A stretch of DNA of 62,928 bases, filler included, from Octopus bimaculoides (GCF_001194135.2; 4 parts of 3 records of this genome joined end to end with filler, not necessarily neighbours in it); one strand, 5' to 3'; shown: positions 10,706-25,164, numbered from the whole stretch's first letter. Made by a program: numbers and translations. The notes: generated by a model from the letters alone, not told the origin.

Positions 10706-13635
10706 AGTGTGTGTGTGTGTGTGTATGCATATATATATATATATATATAAATATATATAATACACACAAGCACACACACACACATTTATATATGTGTGTG
10801 TATGTACATACATCCATATAAATACTTACACGTACACATGCATGCAAATACGAGATTCGGATTTAAAGATTACGTATAACAAGACTTTAGTCAAATTTAT
10901 GTTTATATAATTTTGAAACCATGAGATAGATGGTCTACGATCATCAAAAAACGCGGTGAATTGGTCGAAATGTTAAACAATCGGACAACTTTGTTGTAGT
11001 TTATTGTTCTAAAACTTTCGTCCAGAGTTGAAATCCTGCCAAGGCATAATTTACCTTCCATCCATCCATCCATCCATCCATCCATCCATCCATCCACCCA
11101 TCCAGGCAGCCAGGCAGCCAGCCAGCCATCCATCCTTGCATCGACGTCAGATGAAATAAACTACCGAGCGGGTCTTGTGTTCATTGCATAGCTTAACACA
11201 TTCAGTCCATCTGTCACGCTGCCTCTGTCCGAGATTGCATTAAATGGATATGTCTCTCTGGAATACTCAGCCACATGCACACTAATTTAATGAGCAGATA
11301 GTTCAGCTGATCGAACAAATGAATAAGCATCGTCGAAACGACGGAGATCCTATTTGAATGTTCATGTATGTGCATTCATTGCCTCTTCCGCCAGCCGAAA
11401 GCTATGCAAAGATGAAGGAGAACTAAAGGAGGATTAATTGTTTTTAGCATTTCCTTTTTATGGCGTATGAATTTAATAATCAAGGACTGCTGATTTGCAC
11501 ATTTTTTTTAACCTGTGGATTAAATGTTAAATGATAATATCTGATCAGTTAATTCACCTGAGAAAATAAATAGATTATTAAAAAAGAAATTATTATGGAA
11601 ATAATATAATCCCCTTATCAGTGACACACCAAGATACACTGTTTTCAAGATAAACTATTTTCAATAAATTATTTCGTAGCCTGTTAGATATTCTCAGCAT
11701 GCAGGTGAAAGTCAACGTAGATGACATTATAAAGATTTCCAATTTTCCGATATTTTAATTATTATCTTCTTCTTGAGTAGCTTTTTCATTCGTCTTTAGA
11801 GTCCAAGAAGATTTAATATTATTTAACTTATTAAAAAAGCTTCGATTGAAAAACGAGGAAAAAATAAATATCGAAACCCGTCTCGTTGATGTGATTCTTA
11901 AACATTGGTTTCGAATTTTGGAAGAAGAGCAGCAATTTTGGGAGAGATGTTAGGCTGTTAGATCGACCTCAGTGTTCAACTGGTACTTATTTTATCAACC
12001 CCGAAAGAATGAATGTCTAAAATCAACCTCAGCAGAATTTGAACTCAGAGCGTACATAAGCAAGGATTACCTCTAAGCATTTTTTCCCGGATCGGTAACG
12101 ATTCTGCCTTACTTGATTCTATAATGATAATTTGGCGTGGGTGGTAGTCGAGTAAATCGACACCCGTGCACTACAGATATTTTGTTTTATTAAACACAAT
12201 CAAGGACGGAAGGTGGTATTTGATTTCAGAACGTAAAAAAAATCCGAACATTTACGCGGGGCGATTTTGTCTAATCCTCCAAAACATTCTGCTAATCCAC
12301 CACCCTCCTGATTCTATCAAAATTATTTCTAATTTATATACAAGGGGCCAGAAATCGTCCAAGGGAGAGGGATAATCTATTACAGCAATATCATCACTCA
12401 TTCGACTGGCAGTTTATAATATTGATTTCTATGAAGGATGAAAATTAGGCTCAGAAGCAGAAGAGCTAGAAATTATCGCGCAAAATATTTCGTCCATTGC
12501 TCTAACGATTTTGTCACCTCACTGCTTCAAACGGTAATGATTATTTCTAGAGGAGACACAAAGCCCGAAATTTGGACTGGGGAAGGTTGTCAATTTAGTA
12601 GAGCCCAGGGCTTGAGTGGTTCTGTATTTTATTGACCCCGTTCACATAAAGGGATCAATAAAGTTGGCTTATTTTGCAATACATTTCCTCCGTGTTTGTA
12701 TCGATGCAACCGATACAGCGCTGCTTTTGATTCTACAATAATAGTTCAGAATAAAGACACAAGGCCAGCAATTTTGACGGGAGTGGATTGCACGCCAGAA
12801 TGAAACTTAGAAACTGACTGGGGTTTATATTTCATTGACCCAGGAGGGATGAAAAGCAAAGTGTCATGCAATACGATCGAACTCAGGTTCTCACGGTTGT
12901 TTAGAAATCTTCTTAATCATCTGGCTATGCTGCATCAAGGGGTCAAACATCACGTTGGTACTTCTAGTCTTGATAAATCTAATTTAATCCCTTTCATAAG
13001 CGGAATTAACTGCATGCTAACAGCAAAGTGTTACATATCTTAAAATTGTTTACAATAAATTATACTGTGACCCGTTGGATATTTGCTTTATGTAAATATC
13101 AATGGAAGTAACATTTCAAGGATTTACAGTGGTCGTTTTTGTTGGTCATTTCTTCATTCATCATTTGAGAAAGAAAGTGAAGTATGAAAATCTTTCAAAT
13201 GTTACTTAAGTTGACTTTTACGCGATGAGAATATTTATTGGGGCACGGAATAATTTATTGAAAACATGTTTTACCGTATATAAATTATTTGATTCTCAAC
13301 AATTCCCCAATTCTTTCGCACCAGAACAATTTATTCGGCTAAAACTAAAATCATTCTCGTAAGCTCAACAAGAAAGTACATTAGGACTCGTATTGCTGCA
13401 TACAATAACAATGGAAAAATATCCTTCGGCACATCCTTTTGGCAGTACTTCATTAAACACAAGCATACAGTGAACGCATTCGAAATCAGCATTTCTAAAT
13501 TTTCATGATAAACCCCTATTCACCTGAACAACAAATTTACTCTGGTCCCTCACGTATTCTTATCTTTAAGCTTCCGCCATATTGCAGCTTGCATCAATAG
13601 CAATACTGCTACAATTATCCTCTATCGCATATTCA

Positions 13636-13842
13636 TTAAGCATGAGAATACAATTGTTGTTGATTAATCGGCACACATGGGGGATGTCTATACACTTTAG
13701 ATTCCACCGCATTTATAAATTGATTCAATGAGAAATATTGCCCAGCTGTAAAAGTCCATAAATTAAATACAGCAGCCAAATGAGGACATTGAACCTTATG
13801 CCACATTTCTACATATCCTCGCCAGATGTTGTAAATTTCAAC
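13636..13842 (-). CDS. Candidate (terminal?) exon, 69 codons, weakly kinase-lobe-like
   Basis: TTACAG acceptor, phase 0, open: VEIYNIWRGYVEMWHKVQCPHLAAVFNLWTFTAGQYFSLNQFINAVESKVYRHPPCVPINQQQLYSHA*. Family not recognised with confidence. Confidence 0.4.
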   Translation of the reverse strand, partial: VEIYNIWRGYVEMWHKVQCPHLAAVFNLWTFTAGQYFSLNQFINAVESKVYRHPPCVPINQQQLYSHA

Positions 13843-13998
13843 CTGTAACTACAGATGTAGATCGAGGGAAGAGCGTTAAATAAATTTTCTTCTGTGATAG
13901 TACTCGACGAAAACTCCTTGGGAACTCTACAGTGAATTCAAAACTTACGATCAACTAAATTTTCTATGAAAACTTCTCAGTTAAATGCAGAGACTTAC

Positions 13999-14036
13999 CA
14001 GACAATTTTCCCTCCCCCTTAACACCCAGAGTAAAA
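13999..14036 (-). CDS. Candidate exon (38 nt) of the same gene
   Basis: TTTTTTGCCACAG acceptor and GTAAGT donor; phase 1 to 0 gives (V)LLWVLRGRENCL. Confidence 0.4.
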
Positions 14037-14151
14037 CTGTGGCAAAAAATGATCAGCTCCCTTTGCAATGAACCGTGAAGAAGCAAGCCAGTCTTCTCTA
14101 GTGGAAGGTAATATTTTTGGGCTGATCCTTACAGCAAAGAACGGAACTTAC

Positions 14152-14211
14152 CAAAACTCCAAAACGGTTGGATAGATTCAAATAACATGGTGTGGGGCAC
14201 AACATCAGTAT
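14152..14211 (-). CDS. Candidate exon (60 nt) of an unidentified minus-strand gene
   Basis: CTGCAG acceptor and GTAAGT donor; reads TDVVPHTMLFESIQPFWSF in phase 1/1. Confidence 0.4.
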
Positions 14212-14809
14212 CTGCAGTGGCGTGATTGATTAAGCCAACACCAACCCGTGATTCTGCAGACAAAAGACTAAAGTCGTTCCAACCGAGACTATCGATATGG
14301 AATTTTGACCATATCTTAATTAGAACTACATTATCAAATTTTCCTGTTCCTAAAGTGACTCGATGAAGTTCATATGTGTGGTTTTGACTTACTTATAAAC
14401 CTGACCATTTGGGAGTTTTCGCTCTAGTAATATATTTTTCAAAACATTATGCTTCATATATGTGTTTATATAAGCGTATGCTTGTGTCTGACAATCACTA
14501 GCAACGGAATAATAGTTCTTTCATGTTTAATAAATGTTTGTGTTCTTCTATTCTGGTAGGTATTTGTGTGCGTTTTCGTGTGTGTGCGTGTGTACATGCA
14601 TGTATATATATATTGTTATGTGTAATATTGGTTGATTCTATACGGATATACACCTTGTATTCCTGTATACTTGAACTACTTAGAATAAGTATGACAACCT
14701 AAAATAAGATTTTTGTCTGTCTGTCTGTCTGTCTGTCTATATGTATGTATGTATGTGTATGCATAAGCATGAAGAAAATGTGTGTAAATATGCGTGCTAG
14801 CGTGTAGCA

Positions 14810-14845
<36 letters not shown>

Positions 14846-14909
14846 NNNNNNNNNNNNNNNNNNNNNNNNNNNNNNNNNNNNNNNNNNNNNNNNNNNNNNN
14901 NNNNNNNNN

Positions 14910-14945
<36 letters not shown>

Positions 14946-15469
14946 CGTGCGTGTGTGTATGTGTTCGTGCGTGTGTGTCTCTGTATGTGTGTGCTTCTGT
15001 ATGGTTGCGTGAGTGTATGTGTCTGTCTGTATTTCTGAGTGTGTGTGTGTATGGCTGCATAATTATTACTTTATATATATTTTAGTTGCTTTGAAATTAC
15101 AATTTATGAATTTCTTTTTTTTTAAATGTTATCATTTGCACAAAATAATTAATTTTTAGATGCATTTCTTTAATGGCTGATATTTTCTAGGCGTCTTATT
15201 TCCTTTCTCATTAGTTTTGAAATTCTGCCTCCCAGGGGGTTATTTTTCCTTTACCAATCTGAGTAATATACTGTTCTATAAAACATTTCGCTACTTATAT
15301 TGGCCTTCACGTAATTTGTAGTCATGGCATATTAACTCGGTATTTACCATTATTTTGATGAGTTGTGGAATTTTGTAAATAGTTACAATAATGATTTTTA
15401 TATAACTCAAGTCGTTTCTGTATCTGACATTGTTTGTGACAGATGCAGCTGGTTTCATTGAACTTTTCC

Positions 15470-16297
15470 TTACGCAAGATGAGTGTTAGCTTCATCAGTT
15501 TGAGCCAGAGACACAGAGACAATTCATGTTGCGGAGACACCCCTCCTCATCAGGTCCAAGGAAATCCAAGGTCATTTCATCTGCTGGAAAAGTGATGGCC
15601 TCAGTTGTTTGGGAAAGAAATGACCTTGTGCTTATTGACTATCTCTGGAAGGGCTACACCAACAACAGAGAGTACTATACCAAATTGCCGAGGCAGTTAC
15701 GAAAGGCTGGCAGAAACGTTAGCACGCCGGGTGAAATGCTTAGTGGTATTTCGTCCGTGTTTACGTTCTGAGTTCAAATTCCACCGAGGTCGACTTAGCA
15801 TTTCATCCTTTCGGGGTCGATTAAATAAGTACCAGTTGCGCACTGGGATGGATGTAATCGACTTAATCCCTTTGTCTGTCCTTGCTTGTCCCCTCTATCT
15901 TTAGCCCCTTGTGGGCAATAAAGAAATAAGAAACTGACTTAAGGGGTCTTGCTTCATCAGGACAAGGTTTAAACTCGCAAGTTGTGGGTTTGTTTCAATG
16001 GCTGCTTTGCATTGAACCATTAGTGATTCAATGTTCTCCTGATTTGGTGCCATCTGACTATCACCTGTTCCTGACATGAAAACACACTTGACTGGGAACC
16101 AGTGTGGCAGTGATGATGGCATAATATCTGCTGTCGATGACTTTTTTGACCGACAGGATAAAATCATCTTCACCAATTAGATCACCGCAACACCAGTGGA
16201 AGGAAGAAGTGTGTAGACCATAAGGCGGATTATGATGAAAAATGATGAACCTCATAGTTCATTTTTCAGAGGGTATGGAAACTTTCACGTGACTCTC

Positions 16298-16298
<1 letters not shown>
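15470..16298 (+). mobile_element. Mariner transposase fossil (3' part + right TIR) interrupted by a SINE
   Basis: LHQFEPETQRQ...SAGKVMASVVWE...IDYLWKGYTNNREYY; after the SINE, VLLHQD and a frameshifted YSPDLAPSDY-like region; ends ...GTGACTCTCG then TA. Confidence 0.88.
15706..15930 (+). mobile_element. SINE family B inserted in mariner
   Basis: GCTGGCAGAAACGTTAGCACGCCGGG...GAGTTCAAATTCC...GTGGGCAATAAAGAAATAAG. Confidence 0.88.
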
Positions 16299-16337
<39 letters not shown>

Positions 16338-16645
16338 NNNNNNNNNNNNNNNNNNNNNNNNNNNNNNNNNNNNNNNNNNNNNNNNNNNNNNNNNNNNNNN
16401 NNNNNNNNNNNNNNNNNNNNNNNNNNNNNNNNNNNNNNNNNNNNNNNNNNNNNNNNNNNNNNNNNNNNNNNNNNNNNNNNNNNNNNNNNNNNNNNNNNNN
16501 NNNNNNNNNNNNNNNNNNNNNNNNNNNNNNNNNNNNNNNNNNNNNNNNNNNNNNNNNNNNNNNNNNNNNNNNNNNNNNNNNNNNNNNNNNNNNNNNNNNN
16601 NNNNNNNNNNNNNNNNNNNNNNNNNNNNNNNNNNNNNNNNNNNNN

Positions 16646-16734
<89 letters not shown>

Positions 16735-17385
16735 CATATATACTTGTACATATATGTGTGTCTGTACGTATATATGTTATTGTTTCTATACCCTGGTCAC
16801 ACCTCAATGATCAATAGCAGCCTAGCCTTGACCATTTAATTTCTCCCATTAGGCAGTGAACTAAAGTATTCAATATGTTGTTCCTACTCACTAAAGTCTG
16901 GTCTTGCTGGGGGTGTTTGGTTACTTAGGCTATTATATATACAGACCACATAGCTCTATGGTGTAATTATACTTATATAGTTCATTTAAAGCTATTAACT
17001 GCCGAGTCTAAAAATATTTGGATGTATTTAAAATATAAGATGTATTTTAAATGTATAGCTGTGTAGTTCATTTATCATTCAGTGACATTTATTTTACTTC
17101 AAACATACATCTAGTTGCATAGGTTATTCAAGGTGTTTACATTTATGGATTTAAATGTTATTTACAATGCGTTGGTTTTATATTAAACATTTCTACTAAA
17201 ACTTGACTTGAGAATTTTATTTTGAGAATTATTCTAAATTACTTATTTCTTCCCATTTATATTAATGATCTGTCTACGAAAAGTTATTCTTCATTATCTT
17301 ATTTTACATTTACTCTTCCATCGCTTGTAAACCTGAAATAAACATATAACTTCAACATTTTCTCTTGTAATTTTTCTCAACTTAC

Positions 17386-17499
17386 AACCCGCGTGTAAAA
17401 TAGTAGAGTAGCTGCCACAAAGAACAGACAGCGATATCAATAACATAAGACATATTTGTCTTGGAGATAATTCTAATATTGACCGAGGTAATTGGGCGT
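17386..17499 (-). CDS. Candidate internal exon (114 nt) of an unidentified minus-strand gene
   Basis: TTAATCAG acceptor and GTAAGT donor, phase 1/1, open: AQLPRSILELSPRQICLMLLISLSVLCGSYSTILHAG. Phase fits the 14152-14211 exon. Confidence 0.3.
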
Positions 17500-17869
17500 C
17501 TGATTAAGATTACTGATAGAATTTTGCGCGCGAAGCTTGTCTGTTAGAGACTTTCAACATGGACGTAAGAACCTATTGAAATTCATACATAAATCTGCCC
17601 AACATCGTAATCTAGCATCATAAGTTGAAGCTATATTGAAAAGCATAATTCCTGATTTATGTAAAGATGGGCATGCAACTATAACACTTTTTTATTATTG
17701 ATATTTTTCATCAGGGGCTGTTCTGATGTTAAGCGTTCAACGGACGGCACGTAAACTACCACATGGTTGCTGGACCTGCTAGAAATAGCAGCCAAATTTA
17801 TTGAAAGTTACACCCTATCTTCTTAAATTAGAAAAAAAACATAGTTGACTATAGTAACCATTTACACAC

Positions 17870-17940
<71 letters not shown>

Positions 17941-18714
17941 GTTGGCCAAAAGTCACCTGACAGTAAATCAAAACCAATCAAAACCATTTAATTCCAAGAT
18001 TTATTTATTTAACAACTGAATGAATTTAATAGAAGCATCTAAAATTGTTCAAACTGAAGTTCTTGAGTGACACATTTTTCCATTCGAGTCAATACAGAAT
18101 TACAGATAGTATTTACGGAATTCTGATTTACTGTCGTGTGGCTTCTAGCCAACCATGTATATACACATATATGTATGTACATACACATACCTCCACCCTT
18201 AATAGGTGGGGGAAACAATTTGCCAGCAGGCAGGCCATTGGAAGACGAACACAGTAACCTTAGATGCTCTAAACATTAATCTAAACGTCTCCTGGCAATA
18301 ATTGCAGTCAATTTTAGTGCTAAATTATAAGTTTGAGAATGAAAGAACATCTAAACTTACTTTGGAAGCGCCGGGTATGTTGGAATTTTACCGACGAAGA
18401 AGTAAATTTCGAACGCAGTGCAGCTGTGGAAACAGGGGAGAAAGATTGGGTATTTACCATTAGAAGAAGGAAAACGTTTTAGCATTAAAATTGACGATAA
18501 TTGTCATCCCACTGCCCTCCTCCGGTACTTGATTTTATCGACTCCATAAGGATTGAAGGCAAATTTGTCCTTGGTGGGAACAGAACTAGGTATGTAGACA
18601 GCTAGCATGAATACCGTAAGACATTTCCTCCGATGTTTAAAATAACTCTGCCAATTCAATCTGTTGCAGAAACCTCTTACTTCGGTTAATATTTTGTCAA
18701 CGCTTGTCACCATA

Positions 18715-18876
18715 GGCGCAAGAGTGGCTGTGTGGTAAGAAGTTAGCTTCCCAGCCTCATGGCTTCGGGATCAGTCCCACTGTGTGGCAACTTGGGCAAG
18801 TGTCTTTTACAATAGCCTCGGGCCGACCAAAACCTTGTGAGTGGATTTGGTAGACGGAAACTGAAAGAATCCTATC

Positions 18877-18947
<71 letters not shown>

Positions 18948-19100
18948 CGTGTCTGTGTTTGTCTCTCCATCATCGCTTGACAACCAACCGATAGAATAAG
19001 TACCAGGTTTACAAAGAATAATTCCTGGGGTCGATTTGTTCGACTAAAGGCGATGCCCCAGCATGGCTGCAGTCGCATAACTGAAGCAAATAAAAAAGAA
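18715..19100 (+). mobile_element. SINE family A, full length with internal (TA)n
   Basis: A-box-like head, body ...GGATTTGGTAGACGGAAACTGAAAGAA, microsatellite, conserved tail. Confidence 0.85.
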
Positions 19101-20458
19101 ATTAATTTTTCGTCAGAAAACCCCGGCATCGGACGGCACTACGCTTCGTCTTCAGAAAGCTGAGTGTACTCTGGGTAAGCGAAGAAAGCAGAGAGACTTA
19201 GCGACGAAGGAGCTTTTTGAATTAAACGCCATGAAGCAAAAATATAAATGTTGTAGCATTAAGGATATAATAACATTTTTTTCCCAAGACAGAAATCTAT
19301 TTTAATATTGTGTGGCAATCATTTACAATGTCAAACAATGATTGAATTATGCTGGCCTTCTCACATTCAGCTTTACCGTTTCTTCGGCTTAAATAATCTA
19401 ATGTTTTTATAACTACGATTACATTGTCAATAATGCAGTATCAATTCACTTGAGATAAATATTTGCTTTTGATATGATATCCATTTATGTGTGTATGTGT
19501 GTATGTATGTGTGTGTGTAATAGATTAAATATCCTCACTTCTTATCTGAATATCTGAAGTCTTTTGTTGTAGATATTAGAAATCTAGTTTTCATAGGAAA
19601 AATATATAGTTTGCGAGTCCAATATATATATANNNNNNNNNNNNNNNNNNNNNNNNNNNNNNNNNNNNNNNNNNNNNNNNNNNNNNNNNNNNNNNNNNNN
19701 NNNNNNNNNNNNNNNNNNNNNNNNNNNNNNNNNNNNNNNNNNNNNNNNNNNNNNNNNNNNNNNNNNNNNNNNNNNNNNNNNNNNNNNNNNNNNNNNNNNN
19801 NNNNNNNNNNNNNNNNNNNNNNNNNNNNNNNNNNNNNNNNNNNNNNNNNNNNNNNNNNNNNNNNNNNNNNNNNNNNNNNNNNNNNNNNNNNNNNNNNNNN
19901 NNNNNNNNNNNNNNNNNNNNNNNNNNNNNNNNNNNNNNNNNNNNNNNNNNNNNNNNNNNNNNNNNNNNNNNNNNNNNNNNNNNNNNNNNNNNNNNNNNNN
20001 NNNNNNNNNNNNNNNNNNNNNNNNNNNNNNNNNNNNNNNNNNNNNNNNNNNNNNNNNNNNNNNNNNNNNNNNNNNNNNNNNNNNNNNNNNNNNNNNNNNN
20101 NNNNNNNNNNNNNNNNNNNNNNNNNNNNNNNNNNNNNNNNNNNNNNNNNNNCTACAAATTCCTTTAAGTTAATTTGTTAGGCCAGAACTGAGAGAAGCCT
20201 GTCCTATATATATATATATTGATGCGTGTGTGTCTGTGTCTGTGTCTATGTTTGTCTCCCCACCTACCGCCTAACAACCGATGTTGGCGTATTTATATCC
20301 CTGTATATTCACGGGCCGGCAAAATAGAGCGACAATATAAAAACTAGGTTTACAAGGTAAAAGTCCTGGGGTGGAATTCTTCGACAAAAAACCCTTTAAG
20401 GCGTTGCTCCACCATAGTTGCAGTCAAATGATTGAAACGCGTTAAAAGAATACACACA

Positions 20459-20497
<39 letters not shown>

Positions 20498-20691
20498 TTA
20501 GACTATTTTACTATTTCTTTGTGTGTATTGCATCTTTTGTTGTTTAACCCTTGGCTTGTCCCCGATCGAGCAGACCTCTGATGAAAAGCATTCCTAATAT
20601 CACAATCCTGTATTTCAGTGATTACATTATCCGATGCCAACAAAGTAGAGATAGGTACAGCGATCCATTGACGGACGTTTACGCACTTAAT

Positions 20692-20791
20692 NNNNNNNNN
20701 NNNNNNNNNNNNNNNNNNNNNNNNNNNNNNNNNNNTTAATTAATTAANNNNNNNNNNNNNNNNNNNNNNNNNNNNNNNNNNNNNNNNNNNN
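20692..20791. other. Artificial scaffold-join spacer
   Basis: 44 N + TTAATTAATTAA + 44 N. Confidence 0.95.
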
Positions 20792-20870
<79 letters not shown>

Positions 20871-20873
<3 letters not shown>

Positions 20874-21033
20874 CGGGCTTCTTTCAGTTTCCGTCTGCTA
20901 GATCCACTCATAAGGCTTTGGTCGGCCCAAGGCTATAGTAGAAGGCACTTGCCGAAAGTATCACGTAGTGGGACCGAACCCGGAACCATGTGATTGTTAA
21001 GCAAGCTACTTACCGCACAGCCACTCCTGCGTC
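20871..21033 (-). mobile_element. SINE family A head
   Basis: Reverse complement of the family A 5' half. Confidence 0.8.
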
Positions 21034-21041
21034 TATATATA

Positions 21042-21082
<41 letters not shown>

Positions 21083-21138
21083 ATATATATACACACACAC
21101 ACACATATATATCTATAGAGTCTGTATGTTAATTCATG

Positions 21139-21638
21139 TGTTGACACAAATCTTTATGCGTCATAGCAGTGTCATTAAGCCAATAATCATAACACACACA
21201 CACACACTGGTTCATTATTATTTCTTTATTGTTAATCTGTTGGTGAAATATCCAACCCGTTAAAGTTAACTGATCGATCTTTTGTTTAACGTACTAGTTA
21301 AACAATTGAGCGGGTTTGTCTTTTTTTAACAAATTCCTTTCGTCTCAGAGCAGATTTTGAGGGGAATGAACAAGACATGACACCGAGACAAAAGGAGTTA
21401 CACTAGCAAACAATCGGTCGATTGTTTATCCAGTATATTAAACAAACGATAGATTAGTTATGTGGTTAGATATTGTCATGTCTCAAGCTACTGCTATCTA
21501 ACACATTCGGATGATCTCTACTCAACCGCTACACAACTGCTACTCGACTGCTACTCAACACTCCTAACACGGTCAGACTACCTCTATTTATATGTCTTGG
21601 GAGATCCTACTTCTTCCCCTGGGGGCGTCGACACAACA
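21139..21638 (-). mobile_element. Solo-LTR-like repeat
   Basis: TGTTG...CAACA termini, TATA-like ATATAAATA and downstream AATAAA; the 5' ~170 bp are shared with 30807-30985. No TSD found. Confidence 0.45.
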
Positions 21639-22755
21639 GATTGCTATTATTATTACTGGTGTGATAATAGACAAAGGAAGACAAAACAAGATGAATATTT
21701 TCGAAGCAAATGATCCCACATTAACGTTATTTTCACTAAACTCCCAATCTCTCAATTGTCATACGCAGCATACATGATATATTCACTAGGTATTCTTATA
21801 TCTCCAGCTTCGTATGATTAAGGAAAGAGAGATGGGTAGCATTGATAAAACATTGATCTAAGTGAATAACTGAATGCATTATGTTCCACTCTGTAACCAT
21901 TATACCGTATCTGAAATATTTTATTTAGTTCTATTAGCTTACACATGTCTTATATTAAACATGTGTTGACTACGTTTGGAGAAATCTGACTACACATATA
22001 CTAAACCAATCCTCATATTGAATATAATCCTAGGTTGTTTTTTTTTTATTAATTCCATGTTTCTCATGCATTATTTTTTGTGGATAAATCTATTGTTACA
22101 CCCGCTTTGGAGATGACATACCCAAAACATGCTTTCCAGTATGAAAAGATTTCCTGTTTTATCAGAGTAATTGCGTAAGAGAAAGTGTTATACATTTTCT
22201 TAGATGCTACAAGTGATAAAAAAATATTGAGTTACAGGGTCAGATCGTTGCTTTCAAGCGTAGAGGAAGAATTGTTGGCTTCTAAAAATAAAGGGATTAC
22301 TAGAAAATTGATATACAAGAATATGGAAAATGGAAAACTAACGCCAGTATTATCGTAAGAAACGAAAACAGTAAGAATAGCTGAATATTCCTAAGTAACG
22401 AATTAAATAAATTTTTCTGTACATGCATATATATCAATCGTCTCTCTTTTTCTGTCTCTCTCACTACGTGGGAATACACCTCTTCTTTCCATATATATAT
22501 TTTTCTAAGCCTGATATTTATTCGGTCGATCGCATTTGCTAAGTTACGGCGCCGTAAAACACACACAACACAACACACACACACATATATTATATATATA
22601 TAACAGGTTTTTGTGGTTTTCGTCCAGCATTTCTATTGCTCGGCCCAAGGCAGAAGACAAAGTGGACTGAAACCGGAACCATGTGGTTGGGGAGCAGGCT
22701 CCTACAAATACATGTACATATATATGTATTTATGTGTCTATGATGTATGTAGATA

Positions 22756-22842
<87 letters not shown>

Positions 22843-22879
22843 TTGTATAATATTTTGTATGGTGTGAAGACACCAGAGG

Positions 22880-23560
22880 GGGTAGCAGTATTATTGGTGT
22901 GACCCTACAAAGGAGAAAAGGTAGGGGTAATGATGACATCTTACTCTCTGGTCCAGAATGTTCTCCGAATCCATGAGCTCGTCCTACGAGCGATATCGAC
23001 GTTATTGTTGATGTAAGCACTCCATCCGAGATTTCAATTAAACAATTTCCCCTAAGTCAGCAGTACCATTAAAACTAGATCCACATGTCAAGTGACCTAT
23101 TTTCCCTTTCATATCTCAAAGCATTTCTCATTTAACTTTTACTTTTTGATGAACCAGTCCTTCACATCTTGTCCAATATGGTCTCTTATTTTGAATCTTT
23201 TGAGTTTTTTTTCACTTTCTTTCCTCTGTTTTTAATCATAAAATAATTCTATCTACAAAAGTGGTTCAACCAGTGATATTGGAATAGTAAACACATTGCT
23301 TTTTTTGATAAACGAAAAAATACTTCTTGCATGTATATATGTAACAATTTCTTTGTTTCAACAATCCAAGTCGAAATTAGAAGTTCCAGTCTGAGCTCAG
23401 TTAGCAGCCTTAAAGACTCCTGGACAAACCAATGCACTGGGCCCTATAGTATTTTCTATTGATAGCAACCCAAAACATACATAGATCAGAATTGGTCCCT
23501 TGAACCCGAGAGGACACAGGGAACTGTCAAACACGCCTTCGCCTTAACACGGCCCGGGTT
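22880..23560 (-). mobile_element. Highly degraded CR1/L2-like LINE RT fragment
   Basis: Frameshifted SGVPQG-like region near 23500 and ARRTSSWIRRTFWTRE near 22960. Confidence 0.55.
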
Positions 23561-25164
23561 CCATTCAAATGTCTTATGTAAATCTGTGTATGTGTATCTC
23601 TGTGTTTGTATGGGTATGCGGAATTGTGAGTTTATATGTTTGTGTGTATGTGTCAGAGAGTGTGTTTGTTTCTGCATACATGTTGTATTTTCATATGCGT
23701 CTATATGTAGAGAAACTTGATTGCGCTGGTATAATACAATCTCGAATGGAACAGTCTTAAAATGCTGATGAATGTGTTTAACAGTATTTAATCAAGGAAT
23801 ATAAAAAAAGATTATATAATCTATATTCATAACAGTCGTGTGAATTTATTACAAAATCTTAAAATATTTCTGCTAGAATATACAAACAATAAACCGCAAA
23901 CTTATCTCAAATGTATTGAAAAATATTTTATGCAACTAATATAATATGCGAAATTAACATTACACATATGTTATTAGCAAACTTCTTATTTGAAATCTTT
24001 ATATGTGGCATATTAGTATTACATCCTGCTATCGAAAATCCATAACTTATTGTAATATACTGGATTCCTTTTCAATTTCATTCAAGAATTTATATGTGAT
24101 GGAAGTAGTGGATACAGCAAAGCAAGATTGACTTTAAATTACAATAGAGCATAGTAAATGAAATTCTCATGGTATATTTTCATTTAATATTTGATAAAAT
24201 TAAATAATAAAATTGTCTCCCTTGCCATTCTTTGCAAGAATGTTCAATAGTGCTAGTAACATTTCCTCATCATTACATATTTGTGTTTTGTGTGGATTGC
24301 ATGTCAAAGAATTCACCCAACGGTTCCTCTGCGTGTTATGAAAGGCGACTAAATGAAGTTGAAGTAAGATTTGCACTCTGACCTCGTAAAACCCTTACCA
24401 GCATCGACTAACCAAAGACCCTTGGGTTGAAGCGTTGTCATCTGATTGATACAATTACGTCATCCATTAGAATTAGGAAATCTCAAACAAATAATGGATG
24501 CAGCTACGCGTTGTTGCAGCAGTTGTCTCTATACTACAACTAACACTACATGTTTAACTTTTATCGATAGAAATTATTTTTTCCAATGCAAAAGGTATCG
24601 CTAATTATCATCTATCATTAACTTTTATCAATATTGTTGTTTCTTTTTTGAGATCAAGTTATTTGGTGCAGAGGTTTGAACAAACGCGTCTTAAGTGTGA
24701 ACATTCCTCTGTTTTGCATACCAGAGAAACTACATATATATCTTTCATACATATCCACGTATCCGTGAATTTTCGTGGCTTTCAGGATAGAGTTAAGGCC
24801 TGATAATCATGAATTTGTGGCTTCAATTTCTGGATTGGATCGACCGTTGTCTGTGATATTGAGCAAGGCGTTTCATTTCATGACCCTCCGTTATGCTCAA
24901 CTGAATTTATTACCAACTTATAGTCCTATAGCAACCTTCACTTCATTCATCTAACACACCTCGCATGATTCGTTGAGTGAAGGTTGCGTCAACTTAATTC
25001 AGTACCAGCCTATAGTAAAATAGAAATCTCTTCTTCGTTCAGCTAACGCATCTTCCATCTTTCGTTGAGTCGAGTTTCGATGAGCTGAGGGAATGTTTAT
25101 CTTTCCACATATCTATTTATGTGTTCCACAGCGTTTCTTTTTGTTTAAGATAGTATTCCATCTT

